A DNA stretch of 64,000 nucleotides from an uncultured Spirochaetota bacterium (GCA_963745235.1 CAVUXE010000037.1:96001-160000), one strand, 5' to 3'; positions 50,905 through 61,233 are shown, counted from the first letter of the stretch. A program made the numbers and translations. The notes: a model not told the origin generated them from the sequence alone.

Positions 50905-51321
50905 TCAGCTTCTCCCGTCCCGGCACGCTGCGCAGAGACATCCCCGGGGCTTGATGTACGCGTCAAAGTATTCCTTGCCGTAGTGGTAGGACAGCTCCTC
51001 CCCGGGTGAGATCCTCCTGCGCGAATAGATGATGACCCGCTTTCCGCGCGTGTAGGCGACACAGTTGGGCCTGCAGGAATGGTTGATGTAGCGGCTCAGG
51101 TTCTCCCGGCCGCGGCCGTCGATTGTCCAGCGGGAGTTCACCCGAAAGAGATACCTGCCTCCCCTGCGGTCTGCCGCCTCGGTTGCTAGCAGCGCGCCGG
51201 TGTATTCAATGACGAAATCACCCCGCTTGAAGCCCCGCGCGGCGAACAGTCCGAGCCCCGACTGACTTCTCCTTACGACAAAACAGTGCGCGATATCCCG
51301 CCCCTTCTTCTTCCCGGCCAT
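50905..51321 (-). CDS. SET domain protein-lysine methyltransferase with post-SET cysteines
   Basis: GLGLFA, IEYTG, RYINHSCRPNC, GEELSYHYG, CLCAAC. Confidence 0.92.
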   Translation of the reverse strand: MAGKKKGRDIAHCFVVRRSQSGLGLFAARGFKRGDFVIEYTGALLATEAADRRGGRYLFRVNSRWTIDGRGRENLSRYINHSCRPNCVAYTRGKRVIIYSRRRISPGEELSYHYGKEYFDAYIKPRGCLCAACRDGRS

Positions 51322-51387
51322 AGGTGTTGCGGCGTACTGTATACGCAACCGGGACGGGATGTCAGCCCTCGAGCGAGCGGGCGGGCC

Positions 51388-53253
51388 CTACTGCGCTCCG
51401 CCCTCTCGGGCAAGCCCGCGGATGAGACGTGCGACCGTGTCGTCACGGATGTAGCTCCTCAGCCGCGAATCGAAATCCGGTGGCTCCCATCTCCCGGAGA
51501 GCATCTCGCGCATCTGGTCTCGCAGGCGTCTTGCCTGCTCGCTGTCGCCGAGCCGGTCCGATGTGACGGAGGCATAGGCGATGGCGAGCAGCCTCGTTGC
51601 CGGAGAGTTGATGGGCCGCGACTCCGAGGCAAGAAAATACGTTCTCGCGTCGGCCCAATGACGCTTCGCGCATGCAACGAGCCCCAGCTCGAGAGGACCG
51701 AGATAGTAGTCAGGAAGCTCGCGGTCCATCCAGCCAGCCGCCTCTTCCGCTCCGTCGAGACGGTCGAGGGCCAATGACGCGCTGAAAGTCCAATCTGCCC
51801 TGAGAAACGGGTTGATGGCTGCATGCGTCTGCAGGGAAGCGAGAATCCGGTCCCATCCGTCCCTGTCCATTCCCATGCCGTGCAGGCGGGCAAGCTGAAA
51901 GACGCCGTCAAGGAACTCTGAATCCGCGGCGAACCCCTCGGTTTGCGCAAAGGGATCCACGGGTCGCCAGACGGTGAGGTTTCCCGTGGAAAGCTCGTAT
52001 GCCAGAAACGGCCCGAAGCCGGCATAGGAGGGTCGGTAGGAGAAGAGAACGGCGTTGCGGGACCAGTCGATGATGACGCTCTGAACCGTGCAGAAGTTGT
52101 TGATTGTCTTGAACGAATCCTGGAGCAGTGTCTGGTGCACGGGAAAGTCATCATAGGAGTAGAAGTCATGGTTCCCGAGAACCTTTGCCAGGTACTCCGC
52201 GAGCGCAGTCTGCGGGACCTTGGCGCGCAGGATGGACAACGCGTTCTCGCGCGCCAGGTTGTATTCCGCCTGGGAGAGGATGGATGCGTTTGCCTGGCGG
52301 TTGGCAAGGGAAAGGGGGGCGTTGGCCACACACAAGGTGTCAGTCACCATGGGCACTTTCGTGGTCGCGTCACCCAGGGATTCGTACAGCGCGGCGTTCC
52401 GCTCGTCCCGGGAAGAGATCGTGATGAAGTAGTGGGATGCCGAGGAGTGCTCCATGATCGAGTCCACGTCATGAACGGTGGCGCAGTTTTCCAGGACTTC
52501 CTTGACGAGGAAGCCGACGGGAATGACGTTGCCCCGGGCGTACTTCGTGAACGCCGCGGTGTTGACGCTCGCCGCAATTCCCCGATCGTTGAGGCCCGTA
52601 TACACGCCGGGGAGCCCGGCAAAGCCTACGTTGACGTACGGGATCTTCCCGTCCACTGCGACCTTCACGATGGCGGGATATCGGGAGACGAAGTTCGCCG
52701 GCCTCGGGAAATCGAAGTTCCTGCCATGGATGATCTGGTCCCCCCGCCTCACCACCATGGACGTGCAGCTTGCATCGAAGAGCATCTCAGGGGTCATGGC
52801 GAAGAACAGGAAGTCGGTGAATGGAATACCGGCCCCATCCGCGATCCCGCGCACCTCCTCCTCGAAACCGCCCGGCATTGCCGCGCGCATGTCACGGACT
52901 TTCCCGTCCAGGGACAGGCGGAAGAAAAGGCGCCGCAGCCCGCCGCCTGTCAGCTCGTTCAGCAGCCTGTCGTATTCTGCGTAGACTGCGCGGATCTCAG
53001 GCCGCAGGAGGACGCCGTATTGAAGTCCGACTTCGTAGGGCGCGCCCGAAAGATCGAGCAGCGGCACCCCTTCCCGGTCGACACGCTTGCCCGCATGGAA
53101 GACCAGGACATCCGCGCTGCGGTAAGGCTCCCTGTCCCGAGAGGGAGGAGCTCCGGCGCATGACGAGAGGAGCAAAGCCAGCACGAGCGCGGTTGCTGCC
53201 AGAAGGACAGGAACACTCGCAAGAGGGCCATTCCTGGTCACGCTTCTGTTCAT
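51388..53253 (-). CDS. C45-family Ntn-hydrolase (acid ceramidase / acyltransferase-like) lipoprotein with TPR-like C-terminus
   Basis: Lipobox LSSC; GAPYEVGLQYG, EEVRGIADG, nucleophile CTS, HGRNFDF, TGLNDRG. Confidence 0.8.
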   Translation of the reverse strand: MNRSVTRNGPLASVPVLLAATALVLALLLSSCAGAPPSRDREPYRSADVLVFHAGKRVDREGVPLLDLSGAPYEVGLQYGVLLRPEIRAVYAEYDRLLNELTGGGLRRLFFRLSLDGKVRDMRAAMPGGFEEEVRGIADGAGIPFTDFLFFAMTPEMLFDASCTSMVVRRGDQIIHGRNFDFPRPANFVSRYPAIVKVAVDGKIPYVNVGFAGLPGVYTGLNDRGIAASVNTAAFTKYARGNVIPVGFLVKEVLENCATVHDVDSIMEHSSASHYFITISSRDERNAALYESLGDATTKVPMVTDTLCVANAPLSLANRQANASILSQAEYNLARENALSILRAKVPQTALAEYLAKVLGNHDFYSYDDFPVHQTLLQDSFKTINNFCTVQSVIIDWSRNAVLFSYRPSYAGFGPFLAYELSTGNLTVWRPVDPFAQTEGFAADSEFLDGVFQLARLHGMGMDRDGWDRILASLQTHAAINPFLRADWTFSASLALDRLDGAEEAAGWMDRELPDYYLGPLELGLVACAKRHWADARTYFLASESRPINSPATRLLAIAYASVTSDRLGDSEQARRLRDQMREMLSGRWEPPDFDSRLRSYIRDDTVARLIRGLAREGGAQ

Positions 53254-53304
53254 TTCTTCCCCCCCCTTCAAACACCGGTCGCGCAGAGAACTCACCCGAT
53301 GAAT

Positions 53305-53333
53305 TCAGACGTTTCAGCGGTTGATTTAGTTCA
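53305..53333 (-). promoter_or_regulatory. ECF (RpoE-like) promoter
   Basis: Minus strand TGAACT-N17-GTCTGA, about 50 nt upstream of the C45 gene start. Confidence 0.55.
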
Positions 53334-53350
53334 CCGAGACGCGCTTTTTT

Positions 53351-54256
53351 TCAGCCGGCCCACACGGTGTTCAGGACAAGCAGCAGGAACAGGAGCGGAA
53401 GGTACGCAACGGAAGCACGCAGCAGCAGCCGCCCGCTGCGCTTGTCTCTGCGCGCGGAAGCTCGGGCCGCAAAAACAAGGTACGCTGCCCCCAGGATCGA
53501 GGCGCCCGCCAGGTAGGCCGGACCCGCCATGCGCGTGAAAAACGGCGCCAGGCTCACCGCGATCAGCAGGACCGTTGCCGCCATGATTTCGAAAACCACC
53601 CAGGACCCGGCCGCCGGCAGGGCAGTGATGACCCGGATGCCACCCCGTTGGTAGTCCTCCCGATACATCAATTCCAGCGCCAGGAAGTGGGGAAACTGCC
53701 AGAAGAAAAGGACTGCGAAGAGCGCCCAGGCGTTGACGCCGAGGTCCCCGCGCGCTGAAGCCCACCCAAGGAGGGGCGGCATGGCGCCGGAGATCGCCCC
53801 GGGAATGGTGTGGTGCAGGGTGCGGCGCTTCAAGGGCGTGTAGATGAAGATGTAGCTGACGAAAGTGAAAACGGCGACGCCACCGGCAACGGGCCCGAGG
53901 GCCGCGGTGATTCCGACCACGGCGGCGGTCGTCAGAACGGCCCCGAAGGCAAGCACAGCGCTCGGCCGCAGGCGTCCGCTGGGCAGGGGGCGGTGGGCCG
54001 TGCGGAGCATCATGGCGTCAGTGTCCCGCTCGATGTAGTGGTTCAGCGCGAATATGCCGAAGGCAAGGAGGGCGACACCGCAGGCGGTCTCACCGAGCCG
54101 GGGCCAATCCAGGAAGCGAGGGGACGCCAGGTAGAAGGAGCCGACAGCCACCGTGAGGACCAGGAGAGCGATGCGCGGCTTGGTCAGCTCGATGTACGCC
54201 TTCAGCCTGCCCGGCGTTCGGCTCGGCGGCAGCCGTTCACTCGTTCTCTCGCTCAC
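53351..54256 (-). CDS. cyoE: Protoheme IX farnesyltransferase (heme o synthase)
   Basis: LTKPRI, NHYIERDTDAMMLRTAHRPLPSG, YTPLKR, WQFPHF, EDYQRGG. Confidence 0.93.
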   Translation of the reverse strand: MSERTSERLPPSRTPGRLKAYIELTKPRIALLVLTVAVGSFYLASPRFLDWPRLGETACGVALLAFGIFALNHYIERDTDAMMLRTAHRPLPSGRLRPSAVLAFGAVLTTAAVVGITAALGPVAGGVAVFTFVSYIFIYTPLKRRTLHHTIPGAISGAMPPLLGWASARGDLGVNAWALFAVLFFWQFPHFLALELMYREDYQRGGIRVITALPAAGSWVVFEIMAATVLLIAVSLAPFFTRMAGPAYLAGASILGAAYLVFAARASARRDKRSGRLLLRASVAYLPLLFLLLVLNTVWAG

Positions 54257-55681
54257 GCGCGGCCCCGCGCACCCGCGGCCTGACGGTACCCGAACAGCCC
54301 GCCCGCCTTGATGACGCGGGCGACCTCCTCCGGCACGAGCTCTTCCCAGGATGGATCTCCGTCCCGGAGCCGGGTAAGGACATCGCGAGGGAGAATGGAG
54401 AGATCCGCTTCGGTGGTATCACGGATCGGCTCCACGAGCCGGTTCTCGAACAGGTGGGCGTAGAGATGGCGCAGATTGCCCGGCGCCTTGAAAGTCTCCG
54501 CGGTCACGACCTCTCCCGTCTCGCTGTTTTTCCATGGATACACGAACAGCGTGACGGGGCCCCGCATGAGTCGACCCAGCGCTTCCAGCACGCCGCCTTC
54601 CAGGTCGCGATAATACTCTTCATCCAGGAGCTGGATCATGGTCGGTATGCCGAGCACCATGACTATCCTTTCATGGGTGTAGCGGCGCAGGTAGGCGGTC
54701 ACGTTGTGGAAGCGCGAGTAGTTGGAGACCATCACGGTCTTGCCGAGCGCACGCAGGGTATCCATGCGCCCCAGGAAGTCCTCGTGCTCGATCTTTTCCC
54801 CGAGTGTGAGAAGGTTGCGCAGAGTCATCTCCATGAGGGTGATGGGCTCCCGGCCCGCCATGTCGGGCATCTTCTGCAGCTGCGCGCGGGACCTTTCCAG
54901 CATGTCGAGGGTGACCCGCGTGATCGGGCGAAAGCTTCCCCGCTCAATCGAGGACGGGCTGGTGGTACAGGAGCTCCGCGGGCTCCACGACCTCCCCGTC
55001 AGGGGCGAACATGGCGGCGTTGGTCAGCCGCTGCTCCACGAGCTGCAGGCTCATGAGCCTGTTGTCCACCTGGCGGAAGGTCGGGCCGGTGAGCTTCAGC
55101 ATGTCGACTTCCATGCGGTCACGCGTGAGCTCGTCCATGAGGGACCCGATCAGCGCCTCCGGCGACCCGGTGAGGTAGAACGCCCCGTAGATGAGACTGA
55201 CTCCCAGGATGCCCAGGGCCTCCTGCTGGCGCACGTTGTCCAGGTCCCACATCCTGGCGTGGATGATTATCTCGGAGGCCGGGCCGCGAGGTTCCGTCTG
55301 GAAACGGATCCCGAGCCAGCCGTGGCCGTCCTCCTGGCGGGTATGGCTTTTCGTCGCTACGGTGTCCGCAAAGACGAAGCACTTGGTCTTCTCCGCCCTT
55401 TTCGCATCCAGCCTTTCCAGGAGGAGGGCCCATTCGTGGTCCAGCATGGAGACCAGGCGCTGGCGGCTCACGTAGCGTTCGTGGGTTCCGTAAATGGCGT
55501 CAGAAACCGCCATGTCGTACGCGGAGATCGTCTTCGCCACGGTGCCCGCGGCGCCCCCGACGTGGAAGAACCATCGCGCAACCTCCTGGCCCGCCCCGAT
55601 CTCCGCAAACGTGCCGTAGCGCGCCGCGTCGATGTTTATCCGCAGCGCCTTGTCGTGCGCGCTCAAGCTGTTCGTGCTCAT
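54253..55681 (-). CDS. Conserved protein with CinA/PncC-like N-domain and nucleotidyltransferase-like C-domain; frameshift near 54950
   Basis: KALRINID..YGTFAEIGAGQEVARWFF. Removing one base gives VLIERGSFRPITRVTLDML and joins ORF 54253-54903; ends VPEEVARVIKAGGLFGY. Confidence 0.75.
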
Positions 55682-55763
55682 CCCGTTTCTAAAGTAATGC
55701 GTTTCCCTGCAAACAGCGAGCCCTCGACCCCCGTGCGCCCTTGCTGTAGAATCTCCGAACGTC

Positions 55764-56543
55764 ATGAGAATACGAAACGAGAACGAGTTTCCCATCGGGT
55801 ACACGGAGATCGGCGCCCATCGGGCGGAGACGCTCATGGATTTCGGCATCCTGCGCCTCGCGGCGGGGCAGGCCCATCGCTCCAGACCGGGGAAAGAAAG
55901 GGCATTCATCCTCCTGGGCGGCCAGGTGGAGCTGGCCTGGGAGGGACAAAAAGTCCGCGCTTCCCGTGAATCCCTGTTCGATCAGTCTCCCTGGTGTCTC
56001 AGCCTTCCGTCGAACGTCGAAGCGACAATCAGCGCAATTGGCGGGGAGGCTGAGATCTCCGTTCACGCGACGCAGAACCCGCGCCCGTTTCCCGCGCACC
56101 TCTACACGCCGGAAGAGTGCAGGAGCGAAGAACGCGGAAAAGGGACAATGAAGGAAACCTCCACGAGGATCGTCCGTACCATCATCGAGGACCCGCGCGC
56201 TTCATTCTCCAATCTCGTTCTCGGGGAGGTGATCACCTTCCCCGGCAAGTGGTCCAGCTACCCTCCGCATCACCACCCGCAGCCGGAGATCTACCACTAC
56301 AGGTTCCAGCAGCCAGGCGGCTTTGGTCTCTGCCAGATCGGCGAAGAGGCCTACCTGCTTCGAAACCGTGACACCGTCATCATTCCCCCGGGGGCGGTGC
56401 ATCCCCATGCCGCGGCGCCCGGCTATGCGATGTTCTATATCTGGGTGATACGGCACCTGGACGGCGCCCGCTACGGGACGCCCACTTTCGTCCCCGAGCA
56501 TTCCTGGGTCATGGACCCGAAAGCAAAGATCTGGGGCCCCTGA
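55764..56543 (+). CDS. iolB: 5-deoxy-glucuronate isomerase
   Basis: LVLGEVITFPGKWSSYPPHHH, EIYHYRF, HPHAAAPGYAMFYIW. Confidence 0.9.
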   Translation: MRIRNENEFPIGYTEIGAHRAETLMDFGILRLAAGQAHRSRPGKERAFILLGGQVELAWEGQKVRASRESLFDQSPWCLSLPSNVEATISAIGGEAEISVHATQNPRPFPAHLYTPEECRSEERGKGTMKETSTRIVRTIIEDPRASFSNLVLGEVITFPGKWSSYPPHHHPQPEIYHYRFQQPGGFGLCQIGEEAYLLRNRDTVIIPPGAVHPHAAAPGYAMFYIWVIRHLDGARYGTPTFVPEHSWVMDPKAKIWGP

Positions 56544-56634
56544 GGATCGGTTTCAGCAAGGCCTCGCGGGGCGCCCGCCGCTGGCGCGGGGTGCTGGCGT
56601 CGCACGCCCCCGAAGCCGTTCATTCAGGAAGGCT

Positions 56635-58159
56635 TCAGATCATCCCGTCCCAGCTGTTGCGGACCCGGGCCTCCCGCGCTTCCTTCTCCGAGAACCAGTG
56701 CGAGGTGACGCTCTTCAGCTCCGTGTAGAAGCGCACCCCGTCGGTGCCCATGGTGTGGAGGTCTCCGAAGAAGGATGCCTTGTGCCCCGTGAAGCCGAAC
56801 ATCGCCAGGGGAACAGGGATCCCGACGTTCACACCCACCATCCCGGCATGTGACCTGCGTGGTGAACTCCCGGGCGTAGTAGCCGTTCTGCGTGTAGATG
56901 ACGCTCCCGTTTCCGAACTCGCTCTCGTTCATCAGCTCCACGCCCTCGTCGAAGCTCGAAACGCGCTTGATGCAGAGCACCGGCCCGAAGATCTCCCGGT
57001 CCCCGACGCTCATGCCCTTCTTCACGTGATCGAAGAGCGTGGGGCCGAGGTAGAAGCCCTTCTCGTAGCCGGGCACCACGACATCCCGGCCGTCCAGGAC
57101 CATCTGGGCGCCTTCCTGGATACCCTTCTCGATCCAGGAGACGACGCTCGCGCGGTGCTCGGCGTTCACAAGCGGACCGAGCTGGCTCGTCTTGTCGTAT
57201 GCCGGCCCGATCTTGAGCCCCTCCATGACCTTGACGAGCGCTTCGATGAGCTGGTCCGCGACTGCCTCTTCCACCACGGCAACCGGCAGCGCCATGCACC
57301 GCTCCCCGGCGCATCCGCAGGCGGAGTTCACGATGCCCTTCGCGGTGCGCTCCAGGGGGGCATCGCTCATGACCAGCGCGTGGTTCTTTGCCTCGGTCAG
57401 GGCCTGCACCCGCTTGCCGTTGGCGGCCGCGGTGGCATAGATGTGCTTCCCGACGGAGGTGGAGCCGACGAACGAGATTCCTACCACGTCGGGATGGGTC
57501 AGCAGTATCTCGGCCTCCGCCCGCGAACAGGTGACGAGGTTCAGAACGCCCGGGGGAAGCCCTGCTTCCTGCCACAGCTCCATGATGCGCATGGAGGAGC
57601 GCGGGACAAAGCTCGCGGCCTTGAGCACCATGGTGTTGCCCGTCGCTATGCACAGCGGCGCCATCCAACCCATGGGGATCATCGCGGGGAAGTTCCACGG
57701 GGAGATCCCCGCGAACACGCCCAGGGGCTCCAGGTATTGCGTCGTGTCGTACCCGGGGGTGGCGTTCATGATTGCGGGCCCCTTGATGAGATGCGGGACT
57801 CCGGCCGCGTACTCCACCACTTCAATCACCTTGAGCACGTCCCCCATGGCCTCGTCCCAGACCTTGCCGTGCTCCTCGGCTACCAGGTGCGTGAGCTCAT
57901 CCACGTGGCGGTCCAGGATGCTCTTCATCCGAAACAGAACCTGCGCCCTCTTGTTCGGCGGCATGTCCGCCCAGGCGGGGAAAGCAGCCTTTGCCGCGGC
58001 AATTGCAGCCCGGACCTCCTCCGCAGTGCACTGCGGAGTGCGCGCAACGACCTCCCCGATGGAAGGATCGTAGCAGTCCATGTAATGGTCGGTCTTCGAG
58101 GTCTTCCACTCTCCGCCGACCCAGTATTTCAATTTCTTCGGCTCGACAGCTGTTATCAT
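56635..58159 (-). CDS. iolA: CoA-acylating (methyl)malonate-semialdehyde dehydrogenase; frameshift near 56860
   Basis: [36 protein letters not shown]. After the shift: [12 protein letters not shown]...FFGDLH. Confidence 0.9.
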
Positions 58160-58202
58160 GTCGATCCTCCTTGCATTCATTCAGCCGGGCGCCAGCCAGG
58201 CG

Positions 58203-59288
58203 TCAGCCCTCCGGCAGCATGGCGTCCCTCATGAGGGCCGCCAGGTCCTCCGTGGCTTTGCAGAACTGCCGCAGCGTGCGCACCGACGCGCCGTACAGGT
58301 CGAACTGGTCCGGCCGCATGCCGTCCTCCTGGTAGGCCCGCGCGAAGTCAGGGAACTTTTTCAGCAGCTCTCCGACGATGACGGGGTCCACGGGAGTCCC
58401 GATGCGGCTCTCCACGGAAACGTCAGACGCGTTGAAACGCTTCTGCCACTCGTAGGGAGGGGAGATGACAACGTCTCCGCCGATGAGCTCGGACCAGTGA
58501 AGATGATTACGAAAGGCGGCGGAGAGGAGCCGCAGCCTGTAGCCTCGCTCCTGGTAGATCCCGTACGCCTTCTTGAAAACTGCGACTCCCGCCCAGTCCA
58601 GCACCGCCGGGTCGGCAATGATTCCTTTCCTCTCCGCGAGGGCTTTCAGCCAGTCATCGAGCCGTCCCACCATGAGGGTGCAGACCGGGCCCATGCGGCT
58701 CGTATCCTTGCCCTCCTTTTCCCGGCGTTTCAGTCCGCGCTCCACCGCCTCCGCTACCGCAATTGCCTGCGGCAGCGTGAAGCTCACCGTCGCGTTGACG
58801 CTGATCCCCCGGTAGGTGGCTTCCTCGATGGCCGCAACACCCGCGTGCGTGACGGGGATCTTCGTGATGATGTTGGGCGCCATGGCGTTGAATCGCTCAG
58901 CCTGCTCGACGATGGCCCGCGCGTTGCGGTACAGCCGCGGGTCAGTCTGGACGGAGAGTCTGCCGTTTCTTCCATTCTCCCGGTGAAAGATCGGCTCGAG
59001 GAGCTTTGCGGCCTTGATTGACATCTCCTCCACCAGGCGCCAGGCAACTTCGTCCTCTGTGGCCGCCGGCATCTCGGCGATGATTGCCGGGATCCGGTCC
59101 TTCCACAGGTGCAGCTCCTTTTTCAGAACGCCCAGGACGATGACCGGGTTGGCCGTGGCGCCCACGGCGCCATTCTGACTGATGGAAGAGGAAAGCTCTT
59201 CGATAGAGCAGGAGTCGTTCCACAGGGCTGTCGGGGTGGTGGATGTCATCTGGCGCAACAGCGTGGTTGTGACGGCTTGTGTCGGCAT
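58203..59288 (-). CDS. Transaldolase-family protein with non-canonical active site
   Basis: WNDS, GATANP, SVQTDP, Schiff-base Lys in ITKIPVT, NATVSF, LMVGRLDD, SAAFR. Start 59288 or 59300. Confidence 0.85.
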   Translation of the reverse strand: MPTQAVTTTLLRQMTSTTPTALWNDSCSIEELSSSISQNGAVGATANPVIVLGVLKKELHLWKDRIPAIIAEMPAATEDEVAWRLVEEMSIKAAKLLEPIFHRENGRNGRLSVQTDPRLYRNARAIVEQAERFNAMAPNIITKIPVTHAGVAAIEEATYRGISVNATVSFTLPQAIAVAEAVERGLKRREKEGKDTSRMGPVCTLMVGRLDDWLKALAERKGIIADPAVLDWAGVAVFKKAYGIYQERGYRLRLLSAAFRNHLHWSELIGGDVVISPPYEWQKRFNASDVSVESRIGTPVDPVIVGELLKKFPDFARAYQEDGMRPDQFDLYGASVRTLRQFCKATEDLAALMRDAMLPEG

Positions 59289-59362
59289 AGGCGGGCCCAC
59301 GGAGTGGTAGAAAAAATATACTCATGGCTGTATGCTGGGGCAAAAGAAATGGGAGGTCGCCC

Positions 59363-60202
59363 ATGATCGAAAGACGTCGATTTGCCCTGAACAGGATAAC
59401 ATGCCCGTCACTCGGACTGGAGGATTTCTTTCGGTTCGCCGCGGAGCTCGGCATCTCCCGAGTCGAGCTGCGAAACGACCTCGCCGGCGGCCAGGTCACG
59501 GACAACCTTTCCCCGTCGCGAGCCGCGGCGCTGGCAAAGGCGAGCGGGGTTCAGATCATCACCATCAACGCCCTGCAGAAGTTCAACCTGACATCCGCCC
59601 GGCAGAAGGCGGCCGGCGAGCTGGAGAAGCTGCTCGACCTTGCTGAGGAACTGCGCTGCCCGGCGCTCGTCCTGTGCCCCAACAACGACACCGCTGACGC
59701 GAGGGACGCAAAGACACGGGTCGCGGAAGCGGTGGACGCCTTGAAAGCGTTCGGACCGTCGTTCATGAAGAAGGGAATCCTGGGGTACGTGGAGCCGCTC
59801 GGGTTTCACGAGTCGTCCCTGGCTTCTCTCATCGTCGCCGTGGAGACGATCAAGAGCTCGGGCTTCAGCTGCTACCGCACGGTGTACGACACTTTCCATC
59901 ACTACCTGGGACCGGACACGGAGAATGACATCGGCCCGCACTACGAGGTCACCAACACGGGCCTCATCCACGTCTCAGGCGTCGAGGCGGACATACCCAA
60001 GGAGAAGTATCGGGATGAGCATCGCGTTCTTCCCGGCCCGAAAGACCGCACTTTCTGCAGGGAGCAGGTTGCCCACCATGACCGCCTGGGCTACACCGGG
60101 GACATCTCTTTTGAGCCTTTCTCCGCGGAGGTTCAGCGCATGGGACGCGCGGACCTTGCCGCTGCCCTGAGAAAGAGCATGGAGTACCTGCAGGGGAGCT
60201 AG
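59363..60202 (+). CDS. Sugar phosphate isomerase/epimerase TIM barrel (IolI-like)
   Basis: FALNR, VELRND, TINALQKFN, YVEPLGF, DTFHH, IHVSG, SFEPFS; SD GGGAGG. Confidence 0.82.
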   Translation: MIERRRFALNRITCPSLGLEDFFRFAAELGISRVELRNDLAGGQVTDNLSPSRAAALAKASGVQIITINALQKFNLTSARQKAAGELEKLLDLAEELRCPALVLCPNNDTADARDAKTRVAEAVDALKAFGPSFMKKGILGYVEPLGFHESSLASLIVAVETIKSSGFSCYRTVYDTFHHYLGPDTENDIGPHYEVTNTGLIHVSGVEADIPKEKYRDEHRVLPGPKDRTFCREQVAHHDRLGYTGDISFEPFSAEVQRMGRADLAAALRKSMEYLQGS

Positions 60203-61213
60203 GCTTCGCTTCTCGACGTTCTTCCGCACGTCGATGGTCACGGCCACGACGATGATGATGGCGCGCGCCACCTGCTGGAAGTCCGCGGAGACGTTCAGGA
60301 TGTCCAGGCCGTTCTTCATGACGCCGATGATGAGGGCGCCGATGAGCGTGCCTCCCGCGCTTCCCAACCCTCCCGCAAGGCTCGTGCCCCCGATGACCGA
60401 CGCGGCAATGGCATCCAGCTCGTAGCCCAGGCCGAGGCCCGGCTGGCCGGAGCCGATGCGCGCGGTCAGAACGATGGCGGCAACGGCTGCGAGAAAGCCC
60501 GCGTACGTGTAGACCAGGATGAGGTAGCGGTTCGTCTTGATCCCCGAAACCACCGCCGCCTGCAGGTTGCTGCCCAGCGCATACGTGTAGCGGCCCCACA
60601 AGGTGTGCTGGAGTATCACGTAGGTGATCACCACGCAGACAATGAGCACGATTGCCGGGTTGGGGATGCCCAGGATGTCTCCCTGACCGATGACCTGGAA
60701 GGAGTCGATGAGACTTCCGCGGGGGCGGCCCTGCGAATAGATGAAGGCCCACCCGCGGGCGAAGGTCATCATGCCGAGGGTGGCGATGAACGGCGGGATC
60801 TTCAGCCAGGCGATCATGCTGCCGTTGACGAACCCGATGGCAACTCCGACTCCCAGACCGATAAGGACCACGGGAACAATCGGCCAGGGGTGCCCGCCCT
60901 TGTACAGCCGGTCCATGGCGTCCGCGCTCTGCACGAGGCTTGCCACTGCCACCGCGACAGCGGCCACCACCGCGCCGGAGGAAAGGTCGATCCCCGCGGT
61001 GATGATGCACATGGTGACGCCCAGGGCGATGATCCCGATGACGCTGATCTGGCGCAGCACGTTCAGGAGGTTGTTGATCCGCAGGAAGATTCCGCCGGAA
61101 AGGATTGCGATCACGATGCACAGCCCCACGAGGATCAGCAGGATGCTGTACTTGCTCATGAGCGCAAGAACGCGGGATTCCCTTCGGGGAGCAATCTTGA
61201 CGGCTTCAATCAC
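60199..61213 (-). CDS. Sugar ABC permease (RbsC/MglC-like, probably inositol); stop displaced by a probable indel
   Basis: IITAGIDLSSG, IPPFIATLGMM, YELDAIAASVIGGTSL. A TAG at 60199-60201 is one base out of frame. Confidence 0.87.
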
Positions 61214-61233
61214 GGCGTGCCTCCGGTCCGACC

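Noticed and set aside
54253-55681. TonB-dependent receptor label
   Set aside because: No signal peptide, plug or beta-barrel pattern, and too short; the sequence looks like a soluble alpha/beta protein.
59975-60198. C-terminal extension of the sugar permease overlapping the IolI-like gene
   Set aside because: Homology ends at DVRKN and a TAG lies one base out of frame at 60199; probably an indel.
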